A stretch of DNA of 64,000 nt from Eledone cirrhosa (lineage: Eukaryota), in contig OZ024741.1 of the NCBI GenBank assembly GCA_964016885.1, positions 312,046,001 to 312,110,000 of the forward strand, given 5' to 3'. The notes under the pieces are model-generated. The model worked only from the letters and a program-made list of their open reading frames with translations. It had not been told where the DNA came from and made no database searches. Positions 14,613 to 28,142 of the stretch are shown piece by piece (position 1 is the stretch's first letter; every line of letters begins with the position of its first letter). The translations under genes and the position numbers were made by a program.

Positions 14613-15022
14613 TCTATAATATAGTAAGAAGCGCGGGATTGCGTACGGTTCATAATTGTTTATCCATTTAGTAAAATAAGTTGGATTACTATGAATAAAT
14701 AATGAATGAATATTACATAATTTATCTACTAAATTTCGTGGCTGTTCATTAAATATATTTTATTATTTATTTAATGATTCCCTTGGTTAAAATTTTCAAA
14801 TGTCAACCCTTCCGGTGGCGATCGCTTAAATAAACATACTAATTTTCTGTCAGTAATTTTCTCCTAATGCAGTTTATATAAAATATCTTTTCTTAATGTA
14901 TCATGGATTACGTTACTGATTACATAACAGAGTGTAACACAGTCTTCGTTCAATTTCTATGTATATTGTCTATATGTATATATACTTGCGTATAATATCA
15001 ATATACCCACTACACATGCTAG
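14613..15022 (+). mobile_element. Non-autonomous Helitron
   Basis: TC start and CTAG end. Homologous to 27026-27505. Confidence 0.65.
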
Positions 15023-15189
15023 TTTAATATAAAGGTTACAGAACGAAAACACTAACACATATAATATATACAAAGGAAATGGAAAGGATAACAAGAAAAA
15101 GAAAAAATACACAAGCACGTAATACACACAGCTTAGACCACACAGAACAATATGCAGGCGAAACGGGTGGACAAACGAGGCGCTACGAG

Positions 15190-15600
15190 AGCAAGAGGGA
15201 AACCTCTCTAATAATTTTTGAGGCAAGCTAGCACGCTCGCAGCGTTACCTGGAGTGATGGCGACGCTGAGGTGCTTGAACACCAAGTGCCTTCACGAATA
15301 TCACCTGTGTTTGTCGAGCCACCAGTGAAGATAAGAATCTCGCTATCAGTCGCCCGACTCCCCCAAATGTCTCGAACGCCACAGGCTGGATAATTAGTTA
15401 GCTGACAGAACAAGGTATTTTAGGATGTTTTTCCGTTCAGCTGCAGATGCTGTAGCTCTGCTCTTACCGCTGCATCCAGGATGTGGGAACAAGGAAAAGA
15501 GTCACTAACTATGACGTCTCAGGAAAGGTTTCTGACTCTTGGCCAGGAGCGCAGATGAGGCAGTCAAGTCTTTTCATATCATTTTTGGACAAACCAGACG
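15190..15600 (-). mobile_element. 3' fragment of CRE-like (RLE) non-LTR retrotransposon
   Basis: Across frames it reads DVIVSDSF..AASAAERKNILKY..QPVAFETFG..TGDIREGTW..LSVA..GNAASVLA, typical of the CRE restriction-like endonuclease C-terminus. Confidence 0.65.
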
Positions 15601-15804
15601 GTTCCAAAATTGAAGGGATGTCTGCCCGGTCCAAAGTTCTTAAGTGGTAATAGGACAGTGTATGTGCGCGCGCGTGATTTTGTCGGCGTTCTTAAATTAG
15701 AGACGTGTGTGTGTGTTACTGTTTTTAAGTTAGAGACATATATGTGTGTATCCTTTTCCTTCCTTTTACACACACATACATTCACACAAACATACATACA
15801 CATT

Positions 15805-16482
15805 GTGTGATGGAATGTGGAAAGAAGTCCCTCAAATTTATATACATGCGAATGGAGTTATACTGAAGCAGTTAGAGGAGTTCAAGTATCTTGGAGCCGT
15901 ATTCATCAGTGATGGAATGCAGGAGGCTGAATTAAGTGCAAGAATTGCAAAAGCTGATGCAGTAAAGCGCCAGTCTCAGCATTCAGCAATAAGGAGAAGG
16001 GAGTATGTGTAAAAGCCAAATTCAATGGCTTCCTGTTATTCCTGCCAACTCTTACTGAGGATCATGAATCTTGAGTAATGACCAAAAGAATACAATTGGA
16101 AACAAAAGTGGCAGAAATGGGATTCCTCCGAAGAGACTTTGGAGTAATGTTACTCGATGAAGTGCATAGCTCAGAGACCAGAGAGTCACTCCTGGTAGAG
16201 CCGCTACTTCTCCGAATTGAGAGCTCACAAATCCATATTATGGTTAGAATGTCTCAGTAAAGAATCGCTGGACATATTTTACAGGCAAAACCAAACGGCA
16301 AGGGACCTAGAGGTAGACCCTAAGCAAGATAGTTGCATAACATCCATTAGCTTGGCTGGTCTCGCTTTGGGATCCAACTGGATATGTTAGAGATGTTTGC
16401 TACTGACAGACTCGCTGGAAGGAGTGTTTGAGAAGGACTCTACCCCCACGACCCTCTCAGAAATAAGTGGACCAAGAAGAAG
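15805..16482 (+). mobile_element. 3' fragment of RTE-clade LINE
   Basis: LEEFKYLGAVFISDG..ELSARIAKA, EMGFLRR, LLLRIESSQ and KGPRGRP. Ends in (AAG)n. Confidence 0.75.
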
Positions 16483-17313
16483 ATATTGTCGATTTACTTT
16501 TCAATTTACATATTTATATTTGCATATAATACTAATATGCACACTACATATGCTAGCAGAAAACCGTCCTGGGCGGTTTTTCTTCTAGTAATAATAATAA
16601 TGCTAAGACTAATGTACGTTTGGTGAACAGAGAACCAGGAGGTATGTGTGTGTGTGCGTTATATACGTATTTATGTGTGTATATTTATATAGGTTTATAT
16701 AATTATATGTATACACACACACACATATATATTTTTGTATATGTATTTGGTGTATACGTTCGTATATGTGCAGGTACATGTGTCGCGCGGGTTTACGTAA
16801 GTGTGGGCGTGTTTATGTGTACGTGTTTGTATTTGCAGGCATGGCGTGTGTTTTCGCGTATGTACGTATATAGATGTGAGTACGTATTTTAATTATTACT
16901 AGCAGAATGGCCCGGCGTTGTTCGGGATTTGTTCTCGGGTTCTTATATATTTCATATATATTTATCCTTATCGAGCCTCGTGAAATAAATAAGTTTGTTT
17001 ACATTTTGTTATTGTGTATGCAAACACATCTGTAGACCAATATATAAATATATATATGTAAGTAGTATGTATGTATGTATACGTGCATACATATATGTAT
17101 ACAGACGTACAGCAGCATGTATATATATACATACATGCACACATATATATATGCACGTATCGGTCAACCGAACATTTGTTATAATGCTCGGTTTGTTTGA
17201 TTATAATTTTGTTTATAATTTGTTATTGTGTATGCAAAAATATCTGTAAACGAATATATAATTATATATATATATGAAAGTACGAATATTATCGAAACAG
17301 CGAGCGAGTTTGA

Positions 17314-17711
17314 AATTATAAATATAAGCTATCGCCGTATTTTGACTAAAGAAGTTAAAGAAATTATTTAGCCTAATATTGGGTTTAAAAACCATCGGAG
17401 AAATGGAAAAAGATGAGTATTGCCGTACCTGCTTCGCCTTGATTAGAGCCATTGTTGACAGGCTGCCTCAATTGGCAACAGTGTTGGGGAGATAAGGTGT
17501 GTGGAGCGAAATAGAACAGTCGTTCCCAATCACTGGATCGATCGAAATCCAAGGCTTTCCCAGTTGAAAATGCAAGGGCGTTGGCCACCAGTACCCGGTC
17601 TGCTACTAATCTTTTTTTCCATTTCTCCGAAGGTTCTTAACCCAACTATCAGGCTAAATAATTTCTTTAACTTCTTTAGTCAACATACGGCGATAGCTTA
17701 TATTTATAATT
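17314..17711. mobile_element. MITE-like element with ~105-bp imperfect TIRs
   Basis: 17314-17420 is the reverse complement of ~17603-17711. Confidence 0.7.
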
Positions 17712-17713
17712 AT

Positions 17714-17769
<56 letters not shown>

Positions 17770-17859
17770 GAAGGAAATGTGGGAAGGAACTAGGTGGACC
17801 ATAACGCACCAAAGTACTCAATACTTAGGGTAGTAGAGTGGGTAATAGGAATCAGTAAG

Positions 17860-17953
17860 ACCCCGACGGCTGAGCTCAAGCCGTTTCGACGGCTAATTCT
17901 GGACTAAATGAAAATTTATCCTGGTATTTAAATAGCCGAGCTTCTCAAGGGGT
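17860..17953 (-). ncRNA. Type I hammerhead-like ribozyme, variant core (inverted PLE arm)
   Basis: Reverse complement of 21979-22072. Confidence 0.6.
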
Positions 17954-19392
17954 AATTCCATATATGGTCAAAGTGATTGTGAAAAGTTAGTAGTAATTCT
18001 GTGATGGCAAATTAGTAGGGGAGATGGTGGCTAAACCTGCCAGTAGGAGAAAAAGGGGAGAGGGTGGAGTAGACCCAATCATGCGTTGGTAGTGCTGGCT
18101 ACAGCTGGGCATGAGGTCAAAGAAGATACTGGGGAGGGGGAGGGGGAGGAAGTCGAAACGGTAGGTAGAACAATGAGGGGTAAAAAATATATATGAAAGA
18201 AAAAATACTGAGAGTGATGAAAAGCGAATAAGTGTAAAGAAAAAAAGAATATATAAGCAAGTTCTACGACCTAAGTCTCTAGCTATTGTTAGGCTAGATA
18301 AATAAATAAATAAATAAAGAAAGAAAGAAAGAAAGAAATAAAGAAATGAATAAAGAAATAACGAAATAGGTAGATAAAATAGGAAAGACCCTTTTAAGAG
18401 GTATAAGTACGTTAATCATACGGTGACGGGTCAACAAATGGGGCCAAAATACTAAAGAAACTATCACGAAATAAATCATAAAGGTTTCTACCCCGGGCAC
18501 AAGGCCAGCAACCACCCAGTGCAGAAAAGTAAACTAGTACGAGATAATAATTCTAAGTCCCGAAAAAAATATATTAATGCTAACTCTAAAGGTACCGCCA
18601 CGCTACAAAAGTTCTTATACAAGCTACATGAAAGTTCGTACGAAGTAAAGGTAGAATACGGAAAAATAAATTCAGAATCCACCCCGCCCAAAAGAAAAGA
18701 GAAGAAAGAAATACTGAAACGAGAAATTAAGGCATAAGTGCCACTAAGAAATATAGAAGGCACGGGAAAAGGGGGAGCGGTCCGCAAAGGGGGCAAGTAT
18801 CCCAGGTCTAACACAACTGCTATAAAAAGCGGAGTCCGCCAAATCTATCATAGACTAGGGGAGGGGGTGGGGGTACTGAGGCTACGAGGGGCCAAAGGGC
18901 AGCCTCGGGTGGGCGAGAAAAAGACGCCGACAAAGAAGAAGAACTGGGGTAGAAAGACTAAGGAGGAATGGGGGAAGAAGGAAATAAAGGAAGCGGTGAA
19001 AGAATAAAAAGATCTTACGTCTCCCTTGGCAAGCAGGGGTTACCCATTGCAAAATCGGCAAGTGGGGTGTTATAGCCCGCGTCATTATGGGTTTTGAGGG
19101 CGAGGTAAGTCCTACGAAATCTATGTTTACATGCAGTAACCAGTTCATCTTTCTTGTTTAGGAGTTGGTCCGTCGAAAACAGCATTTGTAAAGTTTCCTC
19201 CGAGCATAAATTGCACGGACGGCGTCCTCCCGTGTAAGAGTTGGCTCTGGACAGTAATCTCCAAGTGAGATCATAGGTGATGTTGTTGTCCTTGAGGTCC
19301 CATATGTGACCCGAATGTGTAGTGGCGTGACGCCGGGCCGGGTTTCGGAACGTATGTCTATGTTGGTATAGCCGGGTCTTGAAGTCAGCAAT

Positions 19393-20850
19393 ATGGAGGA
19401 TAAGTTCAGCAATATGGAGGATAAACGAGACACTATATTCATACAGTTCGACATAGAGAGCTACTATGCTTCAATCACCTTACCGCTACTTACTGCTGCC
19501 TTGGACTTCGCCGAAACACTTGTGCCCATCACCAACCAGGAAAGAAAAATCATCCTCCAAGCCAGGAAGACAGTCTTACCCTTTGACAACTCTAAATGGA
19601 TGAAAAGAGCTCCCGACTCACCCTTCGACGTCAGCATGGGCGCCACGGATTCGGCGGAGGTCACAGATCTTATAGGATTATTCCTAATAGCCAAACTGAC
19701 CGATATGTTTCCTGCATTCGGTGGTGGATTGTACCGTGATGATGGAATCCTTACCCTTAAAGGGTACAACCCCAGTAATACAGATCGGGTCCGGAAACAA
19801 TTAATCAGCTTCTTCCGCGACTGGGGATTTAAAATAACCCTACAAACGTCCCTGACCCGAGTAAACTTCCTGGACGTGACCCTCGACCTCGAAAACGACC
19901 TGTACTACCCATACAGGAAACCTAATGACAACTTGCACTACATCCACCGCCGATCAAACTATCCTAGGAACATCACCAACAACCTGGTCAAAAACATTTC
20001 CCTCCGCATATCCCATTTGTCAGCTAATGAGCGGATATTCGATGAACATGCGCCTTATTACAACCAGGCCCTCAAGCGGAGTCGTTTCCGGGAGGAAATA
20101 TCCTACTGTCCAGCTCTCATTAGCGGAACCAGCAGGAGACACCGCCGCTCACGCAATGTAACATGGTTCAATCCTCCCCACAACGCCTAGGTGACAACTC
20201 CCATCGGGAAAATATTCTTTAGGCTCATTGAAAAACACTTCCCACTACAACACCACTACCACAACATAATTAACAAAAATACCATCAAACTCTCTTACAG
20301 CACTACACCAAACTTTGCACAAAACATCGTCTCCTCTAACAACAAAAAACTCAACCCCGATGGAAGAAATAACCTAAATAGCAGTGGAGAGCCGACCAGG
20401 AGGTGCAACTGTCCGGATAGATCCATTTGCCCACTCGACAATAGATGCAGAGACCTTACTGTGATCTACCTGTGCAACGTGAGGACGGACACCTCCAACA
20501 AAGCTTATATAGGACTAACCGCATGTGACTTCAAGACCCGGCTATACCAACATAGACATACCTTCCGAAACCCGACCCGGCGTCACGCCTCTACACTTTC
20601 GGGCCACATATGGGACCTCAAGGACAACAACATCACCTATGATCTCACTTGGAGATTACTGTCCAGAGCCAACTCTTACACGGGAGGACGCCGTCCGTGC
20701 AATTTATGCTCGGAGGAAACTTTACAAATGCTGTTTTCGACGGACCAACTCCTAAACAAGAAAGATGAACTGGTTACTGCATGTAAACATAGATTGCGTA
20801 GGACTTACCTCGCCCTCAAAACCCACAATGACCCGGGGGGCGGGGGGTAG
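19393..20850 (+). pseudogene. PLE reverse transcriptase + GIY-YIG endonuclease, 5'-truncated, in-frame TAG at 20188
   Basis: FDIESYYASI, LYRDDG, VNFLDVTLDL, VTWFNPP, CNCPDRSICPLDNRC linker, VIY..YIGLT..FKTR..H and CNLC..E..LN..CKH. Confidence 0.9.
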
Positions 20851-21978
20851 ACTAGGGCTATAACACCCCACTTGCCGATTTTGCAATGGGTAACCCCTGC
20901 TTGCCAAGGGAGACGTAAGATCTTCTTTTTATTCTTTTACCGCTTCCTTTATTTCCTTCTTCCCCATCCCTCCTTAGTCCTTCTACCCCAGTTCTTCTTC
21001 TTTGTCGGCGTCTTTTTTCGCCCACCCGAGGCTGCCCTTTGGCCCCTTGTAGCCTCAGTACCCCCACCCCCTCCCCTAGTCTATGATAGATTTGGCGGAC
21101 TCCGCTTTTTATAGCAGTTGTGTTAGACCTCGGATACTTGCCCCCTTTTCCGACCGCTCCCCCTTTTTCCGTGCCTTCTATATTTCTTAGTGGCACTTAT
21201 GCCCTAATTTCTCGTTTCAGTATTTCTTTCTTCTCTTTTCTTTTGGGCGGGGTGGATTCTGAATTTATTTTTCCGTATTCTACCTGTACTTCGTACGAAC
21301 TTTCATGTAGCTTGTATAAGAACTTTTGTAGCGTGGCGGAACCTTTAGAGTTAGCATTAGTATATTCTTTTCGGGACTCAGAATTATTATCTCGTACTAG
21401 TTTACTTTTCTGCACTGGGTGGTTGCTGGACTTGTGCCGGGGGTAGAAACCTTTATTATTTATTTCGTGGTAGTTTCTTTAGTATTTTGACCCCATTTGT
21501 TGACCCGTCACCGTATGATTTACGTGCTTATACCTCTTAAAAGGGTCCTTTTCTATTCCGTCCCACCTAGTTTATCTACTTATTTCGTTATTTCTTTCTT
21601 TCTTTCTTTCTTTATTTATTTATTTATTTATTTATCTAGCCTAACAATAGCTAGAGACTTAGGTCGTAGAACTTGCTTATATATTCTTTTTTCTTTACAC
21701 TTATTCGCTTTTTATCACTCTCAGTATTTTTTCTTTCATATATATATTTTTACCCCTCATTGTCTACCTACCGTTTCGACTTCCTCCCCCTCCCCCTCCC
21801 CAGTATCTTCTTTGACCTCATGCCTAACTGTAGCCGGCACTACCAACGCATGATTGGGTCTACTCCACCCCCGCCCCTTTTTCTCCTACTGGCAGGTTTA
21901 GCCACCATCTCCCCTACTAATTTGCCATCACAGAATTACTACTAACTTTTCACAATCACTTTGACCATATATGGAATT

Positions 21979-22072
21979 ACCCCTTGAGAAGCTCGGCTAT
22001 TTAAATACCAGGATAAATTTTCATTTAGTCCAGAATTAGCCGTCGAAACGGCTTGAGCTCAGCCGTCGGGGT
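21979..22072 (+). ncRNA. Type I hammerhead-like ribozyme with UUGAGAA core in PLE 3' end
   Basis: Stem I ACCCC/GGGGU, core UUGAGAA, stem II CGGCUA/UAGCCG, GAAA, stem III ACGGCU/AGCCGU, GUC triplet. Confidence 0.6.
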
Positions 22073-22082
22073 CTTACTGATT

Positions 22083-22158
<76 letters not shown>

Positions 22159-22439
22159 TTATTAAAATAACAGATTAAAGTTTAAGCAAAGAATCGCTGT
22201 TTTCACGCTTAACGGGGATCTTCTGAAACTAAAATAAAAAAATCAATCTGTGAACGCAGAAGTAAATAACGTTACACACTATATATATATATATATATAC
22301 ACACACTATATATACATATCTACACACACACAGCTACGTCATAATGTCGTAATGCAGAAAGCCAGGCATACAGACATATATTATAAGGGTGCAACGTTAT
22401 ATCTATGTATCTATCTAAAAAGAGAAAGCCTAAGAGAGA

Positions 22440-22516
<77 letters not shown>

Positions 22517-23074
22517 TACACTAAATCGTCTAATGCGGTCCGCAGGGCATTGAACATTTGAATATTTCTTTGGCTCAAAATACTCACACACCATACCTAT
22601 TACATGTGTAAATATTGAAAACAATCGGTTGGTTGGTTCTCGAATTTTAGTGATCGGACAGCCTGACAGACAAAAAGACAGACATTCTCTGTTTTAGATA
22701 TATGGATTACTTTTATAATTTTAATAACCTCTGTCATTTTCGTTCAGCTAATTCATTTACATTATTTTTAATTCCGAAGCCGGAAATCATTCGGCTTCCT
22801 AAATAGAATATTAGCTTAATGACTCCAATTATACCATAAATGCAATTTTGTCTTTGCGTGTATTTGTTCTCATCGCTCCACATACTTCGTTTTCTTCCGT
22901 TCATTGCCAAAGAATGTCTTCACGAACCAAAGTATCGTCTTCCTGTTTTCCTTCGGCTGCAACGGTTTTCGAAATATTTACTTCTGCGTTCACAGATTGA
23001 TCTTTTTAGTTTCAGAAGGTCCCGTTAAGGGGGAAAGCAGCGATTCTTTGCTTAAATTTTAATCTGTTATTTTA

Positions 23075-23181
<107 letters not shown>

Positions 23182-23184
23182 TAT

Positions 23185-23843
23185 AAAACATGTGAAGAAA
23201 GAAGAATACTGCGTGGTTGCACATGGGTTACATATGATAAAATTAGTTCTTCGTCAGTGATTTGCCAACCATCATTGATATTTCATCGCATTGAAAATCA
23301 TATACCTCAGGTTGGTGCGAGCAATAACTAAAAAAAGCTATTGGGACAAGTAAATCGCGTATAGCGAGTGAGACAAGTAAACAACATAGAAGGGTAAAAG
23401 CAACACAAAGATGGGAATAAACAAGCAACATGGTTATCCGGTCAGCGTAAGCTGGGTGGATTTCATGAGCGATCAAGATACAGACTGTCCGACGTGAGTG
23501 AGATGTGAGCAAGAAGAGAACCTACTACTAGCCAAACGGGTGGAAGTGAGAAGGGGAGAAACAGAGAGTGAGTGAGTGGAAGTGCGAGGAAGAGGTCAGT
23601 CGAGAGAAAGTGTAACTGACAGAGGGGGCGAAAGAAGGTGAGAGCAACAGATAGAACGGGGAAGCAGTGAGAGAGAAACAGACAAACGCAGCCGAGGTAA
23701 ATATATATAAAAAACATGAGAAGAAAGAAGAATACTGCGTGGTTGCACATGGGTTACATATGATAAAATTAGTCCTTCGTCAGTGATTTGCCAACCATCA
23801 TTGATATTTCATCGCATTAAAAATCATATACCTCAGGTTGGTG

Positions 23844-23847
<4 letters not shown>
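23185..23847. repeat. Unclassified element with 136-bp direct repeats (period ~527), related copy 44477-44866
   Basis: 23185-23320 approximately equals 23711-23847. Flanked by (TA)n. Confidence 0.7.
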
Positions 23848-23892
<45 letters not shown>

Positions 23893-23895
<3 letters not shown>

Positions 23896-24425
23896 CGGCG
23901 ATGAATTAGTTTTGCGAGGTTTTTGATATGAAATCATGTGTCGAAACAAATATTGTTATACTTGGGGAGGGTCATATTTGTGTAATATATATTGCCAGAA
24001 TTAATAACAACACACTCACTGTTTGGTTGGTTTTCGCTTCTGTGTCCTTTATATCGGTTAATTTAATTTATTCGGTCCTCAATGTTACCATTGACTGACC
24101 AACGGTCAAAAATACAGATACAATATAGACACAAACACAGATATATATAGTCTAACAAAGTTCTTTCGTGCACATCTGCAACATCGTCAGTGGTGCTATT
24201 ATGTTTCCGCCCGTTGTATTGTATGATTACGCCATCGATATTTAGTCTGTTTATTTATTTATTTATTTGTTTAATTTGTTTGTCTTCTCAGCGCATGCGT
24301 TTGCGTGTGTGTATAGTGTTTTGTTTGATGTGTGTTCGTGATTGAGTGTCTGTATTGGTTATTGTATTCTATCTTAGTTTACTAGTGTGTGTTTATATGT
24401 ATTTCTTGTTATTGTGCTTGTGTAT

Positions 24426-24456
<31 letters not shown>

Positions 24457-25406
24457 TACTTCTCTTAGGTCAGTGTTGTTTGTTTGGGTGCTGTTGTTAT
24501 TCTGAACCGTTTTTTCGTCCTTTTAGTTTCCCTTTGTATTGGTCTATTCTTTCACCTATGCTACGAGCTATCTCGGCTATGTATGTTGTTGTCTTGTTTC
24601 TGCAAGTACCCTCTGTACATCTTTTGCTATAGACTACGTTTCTAGTTTGACAGTTTATCCGGGGGTTTACTTTACATATGATATATTTCCTATTAGTACA
24701 GTGGGTTTTCTTAAAAGGGTAGGTTTTGCTGATCAGGGATTTTATGGTTGTTCCTGGTTTTTCTACCACCTTAATCTTTAAGTGGGTCATTCTCAGGGCC
24801 TTTCTACACTGGTTAGCTAATTTCCCTCCAGGGGTAGCGTCCACAAATATGACACTCTGGTATCTCTGGTTGTCGTACCATGAGGTGGTTTTCACTATCT
24901 TATGTCTAGTCCTATCTAAGCTATTCCATGATTTACTCCTGTATATTGGGCAAATTCCTTTCATGTCCAGTTCTATGAGTGTCTTATACTTCTCCGTGGC
25001 TCCTTCGTATACTCTGATTCGGTCTCTTTGGTTGTAGCCAGAGAATTGCATACAGATTATGAAGTGTTGGATGTGTCTTTCCATTTCTGTTGGGTCGCAC
25101 ATGCGGGACACGTTCTTCATCACTCGTACCAAGTCTGCGATCAGAATATTAAACTTAGCACTACTGGACATTGCTGAGTTTTTGAGTATCAGGAATTTGG
25201 AGGCCATGGGTTTAGCATAGTGTGAGTGGAGAATTTGGGCCCTCTCGTCTATAGTGTTAATCCAGAGTTCCGTGTTTAATACAGGTAGTCTATTGTTAGG
25301 GTGTTTGGAATGGTAGTCGATAGTTACAGTTATACTCTGGTGTATGGAATTAGCTATCTGCTGGATGCTTTCCATTGTTCTACGTTCTAAATCAAACTTG
25401 TTAGTG

Positions 25407-25410
<4 letters not shown>
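23893..25410 (-). mobile_element. PLE family A fragment (RT thumb, linker, GIY-YIG, 3' UTR)
   Basis: ORF 24497-25410 has [27 protein letters not shown] and [17 protein letters not shown]. Flanked by (TA)n. Confidence 0.85.
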
Positions 25411-25494
<84 letters not shown>

Positions 25495-25584
25495 TGGTTA
25501 ATGCTGTTGTGTAACCACTTCTACCTAACTCGTCCCATGGACTGAGTGCACTACCACTACGGATATTACCTTCCAGTGTTCCAG

Positions 25585-25673
<89 letters not shown>

Positions 25674-25689
25674 CATATATATATATATG

Positions 25690-26328
25690 TGTCAGGTCAC
25701 CAGTTGGTGCTACTGGTAACATGTATCCCAGTACAACCTGTCTCATGGTCGGGTCGTTGGCGACTAAACTGGCAACCCCACCAAGGTTTCTTGGTGAGGA
25801 GGGTGACTTTGGACATCCTGCAGGACTAAAAACAAAACCTGTCAAAGGGCAAAGGAGCTCTTAAGAGTCAATGGCCATCCAAAATCACCGGGAGAGATGA
25901 CCCCTTTAGCCTTAGTCAAGGCAGAATTCTAGGAGAAGGAAAACTCTGATATAACACCTGCAACCCTGATGGTATCCAATGATGTTGACTTGTTCTTCTT
26001 TTTGGTAAATAGCATCTTGGTTAAGAGAGTGGGACTGGCTTTGTGCAGTGCCTTTGCTCACTATAAAAGCTTCACGGCACAGGCATTGCTTTATATCTGG
26101 AGATCTCTCTGCACTTGTCCTCACATGGGCCCAGCACTATGTGTCAATAATTGTCCTACCATGGGCCTAGCACTATGTGTCAATAATTGTCACAGGTGTA
26201 GTGTTTGTACCAGAGGTTTCAAGTCGCTGGCTGGACTAAAAAGTCACACTCGTTCAGCGCTTCGGTAGGGGTTATCATACATGGATGTAAAGTAGTGGCC
26301 GTACTCGAAAACGAGTTGGCAGCCACCA
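25690..26328 (+). mobile_element. Internally deleted RTE-like LINE (5' UTR joined to 3' end)
   Basis: RTE-type UTR motif CTAGGAGAAGGAAAACTCTGA. C2H2-like CSVCTRGFKSLAGLKSH just before the 3' end. Confidence 0.5.
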
Positions 26329-26395
26329 TATATATATATATATATATATACATATATATATACACACATATATATACACATGCACACACACACAC

Positions 26396-26452
<57 letters not shown>

Positions 26453-26693
26453 GTATTTACGTATCGAGAGAGAGAAAAAAGGGACGATAGGTGATACATA
26501 TAGTTGTTTGCCAAGTAGCGTATGCCAAAGGTGCTCGATACTAATGCCGGCAGTATTAAATATTCGAAGTGTTAATATTAAGTGAGCTAGAGAGTTAGCA
26601 GAGCGCAAGCACGTGGAAAAGTAAGAAATCGGAGAATAGACCGTTAAATAAACATGTTTTAACGGTCTATTCTCCAATTTCTTACTTTTCCAC

Positions 26694-26762
<69 letters not shown>

Positions 26763-26830
26763 AACATACACGTGTGAGTGAACATAGACGCGAAAAGAAA
26801 TATATAAGTAATAAAAAAATAAATGTAAAT

Positions 26831-27017
26831 AATTGTTTCTACTCTTGGCACCAGGCCAGCAATTATACAGTATATTACTGGTACTTTATCTTATCGACCC
26901 CGTAAGGATGAAAGGCAAAGTTAACCTCGGTGGGATTTGAACTCAGAATTGCAAGGGCCGTAACTCTATGCGTTAATTCATGGCATCTGCCCTCTACCGA
27001 TACTGCCAATCCACCGC
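26831..27017 (-). mobile_element. tRNA-derived SINE (Deu/Nin-like core)
   Basis: A box TGGCAGTATCGGT, B box GAGTTCAAATCC, core GCCTTTCATCCTTACGGGGTCGATAA. Homologous to the copies at 28143 and 59805. Confidence 0.8.
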
Positions 27018-27025
27018 ATTGTAAA

Positions 27026-27505
27026 TCTAAACTATAATAAAGGAAGGCCTGCGGGATTGCGAGCGGTTTATTTTTTTTCTATCCCGTTTGTAAAATAAGT
27101 TGGATTATTTTGAATAAATAATGAATGAATATTACATAATTTATCTACTAAATTTCGTGGCTGTTCATTAAATATATTTTGTTTATTTAAAGATTCACTA
27201 CTTTAAAATTTCTGAAATATCAACACTTCCGATGGCGATCGCTTAAATAAACCTTGTAATTTTCCTCACTAATTTTCTCATAATGCAGTTTATATATAAT
27301 ATCGTCTTTTTTAATGTAACATGGATTACGTTAAATGTAACATGGATTACATAAGACAGTGTAACGCAATCTTCGTTCAATTTCTATGTATTATATATTG
27401 TCAATTACGATTTCATTTGATATCTCATATGTACATGTATCTACCTGCGTATCATATCAATATACATGCTAGCAGAAAACCACCCGAAGTTTGTTTTTCT
27501 GCTAG
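27026..27505 (+). mobile_element. Complete non-autonomous Helitron
   Basis: A|TC start, subterminal hairpin CTAGCAGAAAA..TTTTCTGCTAG, CTAG|T end. Confidence 0.75.
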
Positions 27506-27529
27506 TAAGTAAAGAATAGCGCATAACCA

Positions 27530-27980
27530 TACACACATATATATATACATGCATGAAACATTTGTTTACATTCGTATGTAAGCATGTACGCAGACATAGA
27601 GATATGGAAATGCATATATTTAGAAAAGTGTGTATATACACAGCTAAATAAAAGTATATAGATAAATAATTATATACACTATAATATACACGTATACAGC
27701 ACACAATGCGTATACATACGTACATAAACACACAAATATATAAATATATACACGCACACACACACATATACACATATGCATATACATACAAATATACATA
27801 TACATACATACGCACATGCACACATACGTACGTGTAGAATATATACATACACATATATAGACATGAACATACACACACATATATGAATATACATATACAC
27901 ATATAAATATAAGAATACACACACATATATACATAAACACATACATATATACATACATACATAAACAGGCATATATTCAT
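27530..27980. repeat. Compound (CA/TA) low-complexity repeat
   Basis: Directly visible. Confidence 0.85.
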
Positions 27981-28142
27981 TATTATCTATGAATATATTA
28001 TGTCAAAGATAGAATTGGGGTTCCCGTTATTACAATAATGAAATGTTAAGGTGTATGTAGAAAAAAGTATAACTATTAGGTAGAAAGAAAAAGACTTTGA
28101 TTGAGTATTAAAGGTGGATGGAATGAGGGTAGTCGCATATCA

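Larger units (their letters stand above)
17768..22086 (+). mobile_element. 5'-truncated Penelope-like element (Naiad-type) with 1.6-kb inverted 3' copy
   Basis: RT and GIY-YIG coding region at 19393-20850. ~17846-19387 is the reverse complement of 20526-22086. Flanked by (TA)n on both sides. Confidence 0.9.

Noticed and set aside
20188-20190. In-frame stop in the Naiad-type ORF as a possible selenocysteine codon
   Set aside because: The codon is TAG, not TGA, and is not at a Cys position. No SECIS recognised. Most likely a nonsense mutation.
23893-23960. Antisense HHR-like motif at the PLE family A terminus (also 43165-43226, 58617-58686)
   Set aside because: GAAA..UA and a stem I are suggestive, but none of the three copies has an intact CUGANGA or a convincing stem II.
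25492-25588. 97-nt hairpin-containing island between TA tracts as a twister-like ribozyme (20-nt match at 31062)
   Set aside because: Lacks the conserved twister 3' GAG and pseudoknot pairings. Left unclassified.
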